Positions 33,887 to 39,838 of a DNA stretch of 39,838 nt are shown one piece after another (within the stretch, counting starts at the first letter, position 1; each line of letters starts with the position of its first letter). The notes under the pieces were generated by a model, which searched no databases, was not told where the DNA came from, and saw only the letters and a list, made by a program, of their open reading frames with translations. A program made the translations under genes and the position numbers. The DNA comes from an uncultured Candidatus Peribacteria bacterium (GTDB lineage Bacteria > Patescibacteriota > Gracilibacteria > UBA1369 > LOWO2-01-FULL-3), in the NCBI GenBank assembly GCA_964629065.1, contig CAZVOZ010000001.1, positions 26,472-66,309 on the forward strand, given 5' to 3'.

Positions 33887-34807
33887 ATGATACAATTAGA
33901 ATGTTGTCCGCAACGATGTACCAGAGAAAATGGAGACGATAAAATCCAAATTTTCCCATCTTTACTAACATCAGTAAGCGGGATTGGTCTTGGGGTTGCT
34001 GATAGAATCAAAATGAATCTAGCTTTAAATTCAGCCCCAAAGCTTGAAATCAGCAGAAGGTTTTCTGGCATACTGCGTGCTACTGGTATAGATCAAGAGG
34101 ATGCCGACACAATTGGAAACGAAATCGCGTCTGATATCGCAAATGCTTCCTTGAATGAATTGCCTCTAATAGGAACAAAGTGGTTAAAATTTCTACAAGA
34201 AAAACAAATTACAGAATCAATAGACCATATTTTAATGCAGAGAAACTTATGGGTAGCAGGGGTGATAGCTTCGAGGCTATTAACAGGTACTGTGCTGGAT
34301 CATGATTCGGGAGATTCTTATGTGGCAGATGAGATTCAAAAACAGAGGTCGGATATAAACGTAAAGACTTGTGATTCTTATGATTTTAGGAGAGATGTGC
34401 AGGATTTACCTTTCGCTCTCTACGAATATGATAAAAAGGAATTACCTTATATTGAAGGTGAATTTGACAATGCAATTATGGCAACTGTTCTTCACCATTG
34501 CGATGAACCAGAACAAATGTTTGATGAAGTTGTAAGAAAAGTGAGAAGTGGTGGGCGAATATTTGTTCTGGAAAATACTTTCCACCAAGGCGATAGCGAT
34601 GAACAAAAACTAAATGTTATTTTTGACTGGATTTTTAACTCTATAATTCATGAAACAGTGTTACCCTTACCATTTAGCCATTTTTGCATGGAGGAATGGG
34701 AATATTTTCTGACTAGTAAAGGACTAAAAATAATGGAAAAATTAGAAATGGGTCACCATCCTTCCATTCCTTTAAACCACGTCCTATATGTTGTCGAAAA
34801 GAGATAG
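33887..34807 (+). CDS. SAM-dependent methyltransferase-like protein (Methyltransf_11-like C-terminal half; atypical motif I)
   Basis: 306 aa. FDNAIMATVLHHCDEPEQMFDEVVRKVRSGGRIFVLEN is typical post-motif II/III. Motif I reads VLDHDSGDS instead of VLDxGxGxG. The N-terminal extension of about 120 aa is unassigned. Confidence 0.55.
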   Translation: MIQLECCPQRCTRENGDDKIQIFPSLLTSVSGIGLGVADRIKMNLALNSAPKLEISRRFSGILRATGIDQEDADTIGNEIASDIANASLNELPLIGTKWLKFLQEKQITESIDHILMQRNLWVAGVIASRLLTGTVLDHDSGDSYVADEIQKQRSDINVKTCDSYDFRRDVQDLPFALYEYDKKELPYIEGEFDNAIMATVLHHCDEPEQMFDEVVRKVRSGGRIFVLENTFHQGDSDEQKLNVIFDWIFNSIIHETVLPLPFSHFCMEEWEYFLTSKGLKIMEKLEMGHHPSIPLNHVLYVVEKR

Positions 34808-35663
34808 CGTGATTGGCATTTTTGCTGGACTGGTCACCGCGGCGGGTTGGGGCACTATTGGATTATGGATAAAATATTTACCTATAGATAGTCTACTACT
34901 TGTTGCAATAAGGCTAGTTTTTGCAGGACTACTATTTAGTTTCGCTATTCTAAGAAAAAAAACAAAAATGACTCTTAGAATGGCTTTAGCTTCTTTCGTT
35001 TGTGGTGCTGTCCTATACTCCCAATTTCTTGTTACTATTGAGGCATTTCAATTACTGACTGTAAGCCAAGCATCTTTACTAACAAACTTGCAGATAGTTT
35101 TTTTAGTAATTTTTAGCCAACGTAGATTTTTACATATTTTACCTTTATGCATTTTACTAGTGGGACTCTTATTCTTCTTTAGCCCTTCAATAAATTTAAA
35201 CATATTCAGTATTTTTTTGGGCTTACTCTCCTCTTGTCTTTTTGCCGTCTACACTATTTGTCTTGATAAATTATTTGAAAAAAATTCTTTCGACTATTTG
35301 CCGATTATTTTTTTGACGGCGTTTATTATAAGTTTAATTACTCTGTTAATATTTGATACTGATATGACTTTAGATTTTACGAGTGTGGCATGGGGGCCAC
35401 TTTTGGGTCTGCTGTTATTTTCAACTGCTTGTGCTCATTTTGCCTTCTCGGTAGCTGTGAGTACAATTGGCAACTTCAAAGCAACTGTCATCTCATACTT
35501 TGCAATTGTAGTTGGCTTTGTAGTAGATATATTTTACGGCCATGAAATAACAATAACATCTGTGCTAGGGTTAATATTATGCATGTACGCATTAAACAGA
35601 ATGCTAAGAATAGAAACCTTCTACAATAACAAAATCCCTACTAATAAGCTCCGTAGCACTTAA
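34788..35663 (+). CDS. EamA/DMT superfamily transporter
   Basis: 291 aa with about 10 TM segments and a two-fold internal arrangement typical of EamA. 20-nt overlap with the methyltransferase gene. Confidence 0.7.
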   Translation: MLSKRDSVIGIFAGLVTAAGWGTIGLWIKYLPIDSLLLVAIRLVFAGLLFSFAILRKKTKMTLRMALASFVCGAVLYSQFLVTIEAFQLLTVSQASLLTNLQIVFLVIFSQRRFLHILPLCILLVGLLFFFSPSINLNIFSIFLGLLSSCLFAVYTICLDKLFEKNSFDYLPIIFLTAFIISLITLLIFDTDMTLDFTSVAWGPLLGLLLFSTACAHFAFSVAVSTIGNFKATVISYFAIVVGFVVDIFYGHEITITSVLGLILCMYALNRMLRIETFYNNKIPTNKLRST

Positions 35664-35692
35664 AACCAATGATGTAAACTACGAATCACCAT

Positions 35693-36064
35693 TTAGAAGA
35701 GGTCTTCTAGGTCGATGACTTGCCAATTTTGATCGTAGGGAGATTTTTTGTGCAAGGTCATGTGGATTTTTGGGGGAATGTTGTCTTCGAGGTGCTTTTG
35801 GCGGCCGTCACCGCTGAGGCGGAAGTTTTCGGTGGTGCGGATGAGGCGGTAGTCTTCTTTGTTGATATGGAAAAGGATGGTGCGGCGCGTGCCGATTTCG
35901 TATTCTTCGTCGCCGATTTCGATGTAGTGGGGATTTTCTTGGTCGCTAAATTCGGTTGCTACGGATTGAATACGCGCGACGACTTCTTCGAAACTATCGT
36001 CGCGGGAGGAGCCGCGAGTGTCATCGATTTCACGCATGTTTGGTTTTTCGCCGCCGACGCCCAT
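35693..36064 (-). CDS. Hypothetical protein
   Basis: 123-aa ORF with no recognised domain. An alternative start is at MREIDD (36037). Confidence 0.4.
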   Translation of the reverse strand: MGVGGEKPNMREIDDTRGSSRDDSFEEVVARIQSVATEFSDQENPHYIEIGDEEYEIGTRRTILFHINKEDYRLIRTTENFRLSGDGRQKHLEDNIPPKIHMTLHKKSPYDQNWQVIDLEDLF

Positions 36065-36117
36065 GGGGAGACAAGTTAGAACTTAGAACTGATGATAGTT
36101 TATGTTACTATTGGCTT

Positions 36118-36732
36118 ATGAGCAATAAGAAGAAAGCGAAGGTTTATTTGGCGGAGGAGGGTTATGATTTGTATGCGGGGCATTATGATCGGACTTTGGC
36201 GCATTTGGATAGTTTTGAGCGATATGATTTGTTTGAGATGTTGGGCGATGTGAAGGGGAAGAAGGTGCTGGATTTGGGCTGTGGGACGGGGCGGATGACA
36301 ATGAATTTGGTGAAGTTCGGGGCAGAGGTGGTGGGCATGGATGTGTCGGAAGAGATGTTGAATTTGGCGCGGAAGAAGTGTCGCGCGGCGGAATTTGTGT
36401 TAGGTAATAGCGAAAAATTGCCGTTTGAAGAAGGGAGTTTTGATGTGGTAGTGGCGAGTTTTTTGATTGTGCATTTAAAGGGTTTGGAGAAAACTTTTGA
36501 TGAGGTTTATCGTGTATTGAAGCCGGGCGGGGTTTTTATTGTGACGAATGTGAATCAGAGGAAGGCGCCGAAGTTGTCTTTGGATAAAGGTGAAATTGTG
36601 ATTATTTCTTTTTATCATCGGCCGGAAGATGTGCTTTCGGCGATGGAGGAAAGTTTTTTTGAGGTGACGGAGGAGCGGTTTGTGAAGGAGGAGGGCGTGT
36701 GGATTAATCAAATTTTAAAAGGGAAAAAATGA
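36118..36732 (+). CDS. Class I SAM-dependent methyltransferase
   Basis: Motif I VLDLGCGTGRMTMNL, plus FDVVVASFLIVHL and LKPGGVFIV. The ATG at 36118 (MSNKKKAKV) is preferred over the track start at 35956, which overlaps the divergent gene. Confidence 0.8.
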   Translation: MSNKKKAKVYLAEEGYDLYAGHYDRTLAHLDSFERYDLFEMLGDVKGKKVLDLGCGTGRMTMNLVKFGAEVVGMDVSEEMLNLARKKCRAAEFVLGNSEKLPFEEGSFDVVVASFLIVHLKGLEKTFDEVYRVLKPGGVFIVTNVNQRKAPKLSLDKGEIVIISFYHRPEDVLSAMEESFFEVTEERFVKEEGVWINQILKGKK

Positions 36733-37304
36733 TTATTCAGGTTGCGGTGCGGGGGTTTGATCGGAATTTTAGTTATTTTGTAGTGAGTGGAAAGGAGGCG
36801 TTTGTGGTTGATCCGAGCGATGTGCCGCGGCTTTTGGAAGTGGTGCGGGAAAATGATTTGGTTTTGAAAGGGATTTTGATTACGCATGGGCATTTTGATC
36901 ATGTGGCGGGCGTGGCGGAGTTGGTTTCGATGTTTGGCGTGCCGGTGTATAGTCGGGCGAATTTGGGGGATGGAGAGGAGTTAGTTTTGGGGGATGTGCG
37001 AATTCGCGTTATTTATACGCCAGGGCATTGTGATGATGCGATTTGCTTTTTAGTTGATGAGACAGCTCTTTTGACCGGCGATACTTTGTTTGTGGAGCAT
37101 ATTGGGCGGGCGGATTTCGAGAATAGTAATATTGAGGATTTTTGGCGAAGTTTGGGGAGATTGAAGGAGTTGGGTGATGGGGTTTTGGTTTATCCCGGGC
37201 ATGATTACGGCAGTAAGCCTGTTTCAACGATTGGGTATGAAAAAGCGCACAACCGGTATTTGTTGTGCGCTGATTTTGAAGAGTTCAAACGATTGAGACT
37301 TTAG
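36729..37304 (+). CDS. MBL-fold metallo-hydrolase (glyoxalase II-like)
   Basis: ITHGHFDHVAG, TPGHCDD and YPGHDY. 4-nt overlap with the methyltransferase gene. Confidence 0.85.
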   Translation: MIIQVAVRGFDRNFSYFVVSGKEAFVVDPSDVPRLLEVVRENDLVLKGILITHGHFDHVAGVAELVSMFGVPVYSRANLGDGEELVLGDVRIRVIYTPGHCDDAICFLVDETALLTGDTLFVEHIGRADFENSNIEDFWRSLGRLKELGDGVLVYPGHDYGSKPVSTIGYEKAHNRYLLCADFEEFKRLRL

Positions 37305-38071
37305 CGAACGCGGTAAGTGAGGGTGACTGTGAGGCTGATTTCTTGTTCGCCTGGTTCGATAGTTGGTGCAGTGACGGAAACATTGGCTTCGGGAGAGGCC
37401 ATGACGGCTGATTCGGCGTAGAAACCACCTTTTCCGTAGTCCGAACCACCTTGGTATTCGTAGAAGTTCAATACTTTGCCGAGGGAAAGTCCAGATTGTT
37501 TAGCGATTTCTTTGGCTTTTACTTTGGCTTTAGCGATTGCTTCTTCGCGCGCGAGGGATTTGGCGGATTCGATGTCGTCGACAGAGAATTGAACGCCGCC
37601 GAAGATGTTGGCGCCGGAATCAGTTGATTTGGCAATCACTTCACCAACTTTGTCGAAGTCGCGAACTTTGACGATGACGCTATGGTTGAGGAGGAAGCCA
37701 TTTTGTTTGGTTTCGCTGTTGGAATAATCGTAGTTTGGACCGAGGTTGTAATAAGAGGTTTTGATGTCTTTTTCTTCGATGCCGAGTTTAGTGAGGGCGG
37801 CCATGACTTTGTTCATGGTTGCGCTATTTTGTTCGACGGCTTGGTCAGCTGTGTCGGCTTTGACATCGAGACCGAGAGTGATTTCGGCGATGTCTGGGAC
37901 GACATAGGCTTTGCCGGTGGCTTCGACGGAGATTTCGCGTGGATAGTCGCCGCTGACGCCTTGCCAAGCGCTGATACCCATGAATACAGCGAAACCAGCC
38001 GCTGCGATCACGAAAACTGTGAGGATCGCGAATAGGCGATTGGAAAGATCAAATTTACCTTCTTTGGACAT
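37301..38071 (-). CDS. SIMPL/DUF541 domain protein with N-terminal anchor
   Basis: 256 aa with ISVEATGKAYVVPDIAEITLGL..., LARE(E)AIAKAKVKAKEIA and GEQEISLTVTLTY, typical of SIMPL (26-kDa periplasmic immunogenic protein family). Confidence 0.8.
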   Translation of the reverse strand: MSKEGKFDLSNRLFAILTVFVIAAAGFAVFMGISAWQGVSGDYPREISVEATGKAYVVPDIAEITLGLDVKADTADQAVEQNSATMNKVMAALTKLGIEEKDIKTSYYNLGPNYDYSNSETKQNGFLLNHSVIVKVRDFDKVGEVIAKSTDSGANIFGGVQFSVDDIESAKSLAREEAIAKAKVKAKEIAKQSGLSLGKVLNFYEYQGGSDYGKGGFYAESAVMASPEANVSVTAPTIEPGEQEISLTVTLTYRVR

Positions 38072-38093
38072 AGGGTGAGGGGTTAGATTTCAA

Positions 38094-38169
38094 TGGTCGG
38101 GGAGACAGGGCTCGAACCTGCGGCCTCATGGTCCCAAACCACGCACTCTACCAACTGAGCTACTCCCCG
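38094..38169 (-). tRNA. tRNA-Pro (anticodon UGG), CCA encoded
   Basis: The reverse complement is CGGGGAGTAGCTCAGTTGGTAGAGTGCGTGGTTTGGGACCATGAGGCCGCAGGTTCGAGCCCTGTCTCCCCGACCA. It folds as a cloverleaf with anticodon loop TTTGGGA. Confidence 0.9.
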
Positions 38170-38219
38170 ATTTGGACAGAGGTACTTTAAACAATTAAAT
38201 GGTTTATGTTAAGTGATTT

Positions 38220-38741
38220 TTGTATAATTGTTTTATGGAGGTGTTATTGAGCAAATTAGTACGCACTTTGGTTTTTGACGATGAGGGTCGTCCTTTTACG
38301 AGTGTGGTGGATTTGATTATTGAACCGAGTGGTGGGAAGCTGGTGGGAATTGTGGTAGGTGGAAGCCGTAATTTAATGATTAGCCCGATGGATGTAGAGG
38401 TGTTTTCGGCGGAGAAATTGGTGGTAATTGATCGCGATGTGGTGGCGGAAATTGATGATGTGGTGCGAGCGCGGGAGGTGGCTTCAAAGGGTTTTTATTT
38501 TTTGAATTGTGCGGTTTATGACAAAGAAGGGGTGTATTTGGGGAAGGTTTTTGATTATGCGGTGGATATGAATGGGTTATGTTTGAAGTGTATTTGGGTG
38601 GCGAAGGGGTTTTGGAATTTGGTGCGTTATGATAAGCGGCGATTTGATTGGGAGGATATTTTTGAGGTGAAGCCGGGGAAAATTGTGGTCGAAGGGATGA
38701 GGAAAGTATTTGAAAAAGAGCCTCAGCCAGTAGTTGGTTGA
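38220..38741 (+). CDS. Hypothetical protein, possibly tandem PRC-barrel-like domains
   Basis: 173 aa. VVDLIIEPSGGKLVGIVVG and GKVFDYAVDMNG resemble PRC-barrel (YlmC-like) strands. This is a weak call, and the start may be the ATG at 38235. Confidence 0.35.
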   Translation: MYNCFMEVLLSKLVRTLVFDDEGRPFTSVVDLIIEPSGGKLVGIVVGGSRNLMISPMDVEVFSAEKLVVIDRDVVAEIDDVVRAREVASKGFYFLNCAVYDKEGVYLGKVFDYAVDMNGLCLKCIWVAKGFWNLVRYDKRRFDWEDIFEVKPGKIVVEGMRKVFEKEPQPVVG

Positions 38742-38766
38742 GACTCTTTTTAGTGTTTTGGGAAGT

Positions 38767-39153
38767 TTAGACTTCGACTCCGGTACCGGCACCGAGAACG
38801 GCTTGAACGATAACGAAGGATAGTAATACGATAATCAAACCAACGACGGCGTAAGTAATGATTTTTTTGGCATTACCCATAGCATCTTCATTACCGGCTG
38901 ATCCTGTAAGTTGGACACCACCGTAGATGATCATAATGACGGCGAGGATTCCGAGGAAACCGAGGCCATAGTTCACAATACGCAAGATAAGAGCCCGAAG
39001 CGATCCTTCACCACCGGTTGCGGCGGAGACGGACTCAGGAACATCACCAGGATTGAGAATTGAGCTGGCTTCGACGAGGCCATGGCCAGAGAAGAGAACG
39101 AGAGCAACTGACATGAGGCCAAAGCTCAAAGCAAAGTTTTTAAGTGCTTTCAT
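38767..39153 (-). CDS. Small secreted/membrane protein resembling TrbC/VirB2-type (T4SS pilin-like) proteins
   Basis: 128 aa starting at the ATG at 39153: signal peptide MKALKNFALSFGLMSVALVLFSG, then two hydrophobic helices separated by a short loop (GGVQLTGSAGNEDAMGNAKK). The longer track ORF (to 39666) is antisense to murB and was rejected. Confidence 0.55.
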   Translation of the reverse strand: MKALKNFALSFGLMSVALVLFSGHGLVEASSILNPGDVPESVSAATGGEGSLRALILRIVNYGLGFLGILAVIMIIYGGVQLTGSAGNEDAMGNAKKIITYAVVGLIIVLLSFVIVQAVLGAGTGVEV

Positions 39154-39224
39154 AGGATTTGAGAGGTTATTTGATTTTTGAAAAATCTGGTTATATTTTA
39201 GCAGATTTTGGCTTTTGGCGCAAA

Positions 39225-39838
39225 TTAGAGTGGGTGTTCGGGGATGATCTGAACTTCGGGGGTAAGGTCGATTTGGAATTTTTCGTGGACGGTTTTTTGG
39301 GCGTGGTGCATGAGGTCGAGGATTTCGTTTGCGGTGGCGCGGCCTTTGTTGATAAAGAAGTTGGCGTGTTTTTCGGAGATTTGGGCGTCGCCGATTTTGA
39401 AGCCTTTGAGGCCGGCTTGGTCGAGGAGGATGCCGGCGGGTTTTTCGGGGAAGGGGTTTTTGAAGAAGGAGCCGGTGGTGAGAACGCCGAAGGGTTGTTT
39501 TTGGAAGCGGTCTTGGCGAAGAGAGGTGATTCGAGTAGCTTGGGCTTCTTTGTCTTGGCAAGTTGTGATGCGGAATTTGGCGGAGAGGACGATTTTGTTT
39601 GTGCCTTTGAGGTTGCTGTGGCGGTAGTGGAGGTCGAGGTCTTGAGGGGACATTTGAAAAACGCACCCTACTGTGTCAACTGCGTCACCTCTTCCTCGTC
39701 GTATAAGGCCATACGCCTCCGTCAGAGGTTCCTCGTTTCCTTGTATGGGATCGTTTTTCAAATGTCCCTGGTTGTTAGCAGTAGGATCGAAGATTTCGGC
39801 GCTGATGAGGCAGTCTTTGGTTTCGAGGCCGCTGCAGC
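39225..39838 (-). CDS. murB: UDP-N-acetylenolpyruvoylglucosamine reductase, 5'-partial, carrying a 36-codon in-frame repeat-element insertion
   Basis: C-terminal MurB blocks: LHYRHSNLKG...ILSAKFRI, GSFFKNP, AGILLDQAGLKGFKIGDAQISEKHANFFIN. By hand translation the frame stays open from 39836 through the element (…AEIFDPTANNQGH-[LKNDPIQGNEEPLTEAYGLIRRGRGDAVDTVGCVFQ]-MSPQDLDLHYRHS…). Confidence 0.85.
   Translation of the reverse strand, partial: CSGLETKDCLISAEIFDPTANNQGHLKNDPIQGNEEPLTEAYGLIRRGRGDAVDTVGCVFQMSPQDLDLHYRHSNLKGTNKIVLSAKFRITTCQDKEAQATRITSLRQDRFQKQPFGVLTTGSFFKNPFPEKPAGILLDQAGLKGFKIGDAQISEKHANFFINKGRATANEILDLMHHAQKTVHEKFQIDLTPEVQIIPEHPL
39647..39768. repeat. 122-bp palindrome-ended element, copy C (inside murB)
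   Basis: Perfect 17-bp arms: gggacatttgaaaaacg (39647-63) and cgtttttcaaatgtccc (39752-68). Central CGTAT-aaggcc-ATACG at 39700-15. The core aligns with copies A and B. Confidence 0.85.

Noticed and set aside
39154-39666. N-terminal 170 aa of the 299-aa track ORF 38767-39666 (Pro/Arg-rich)
   Set aside because: This part is in an alternative frame of the same strand as murB and overlaps it, and its composition is a bias artefact. The real small gene starts at the ATG at 39153, which gives a proper signal peptide.
18121-39768. Possibility that the three 122-bp repeats are a CRISPR array or rRNA/tRNA-derived
   Set aside because: The copies are 7-14 kb apart, are not regularly spaced, and have no adjacent cas genes. 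None folds as a cloverleaf.
1-39838. Alternative genetic code (UGA recoded, as in some candidate phyla)
   Set aside because: Well-conserved genes end at TGA at the expected length (for example murI, and the 31461-32438 ORF followed by ybeY). None needs read-through, so the standard bacterial code fits.

Overview
Densely packed bacterial chromosomal window using the standard genetic code (TGA, TAA and TAG all serve as stops). It holds about 45 protein genes on both strands and 3 tRNA genes (Ser-GCU, Ser-UGA, Pro-UGG). I found no rRNA, CRISPR array, integrase or transposase. Recognisable housekeeping genes are ilvD, tag, argS, murA, tlyA, comM/yifB, yraN, dnaB, lysS, guaA, murI, ybeY and a 5'-partial murB. 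Many envelope or surface proteins are interspersed: an Fn3 protein with a sortase-like sorting signal, two SLH-bearing proteins (one with FG-GAP repeats), two DUF881 proteins, a ComEC-type MBL protein, a T4SS-pilin-like small protein and a lipoprotein. The gene content is reminiscent of a reduced Gram-positive-like or Patescibacteria-like lineage, but this cannot be established from the window. The most interesting signal is a family of three same-orientation 122-bp elements. Each has a 15-17 bp terminal inverted repeat and a central CGTAT-N6-ATACG mini-hairpin. Copy A (18121-18242) sits between convergent genes. Copy B (25942-26063) abuts the guaA stop and supplies the last codons and stop of murI. 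Copy C (39647-39768) lies inside murB as a stop-free, in-frame 36-codon insertion, resembling Rickettsia palindromic elements. Other notable points: an ArgRS carrying an N-terminal B3/B4 (COG3382-like) domain; an 18-nt duplicate of the tRNA-Ser(UGA) 3' end 178 bp away (att-like scar); a dense GTAGACA/TGTCTAC heptamer array around a membrane-anchored HTH gene; a compositionally distinct TrmB-methyltransferase-EamA islet; and a strong G-over-C excess on the + strand regardless of gene orientation.
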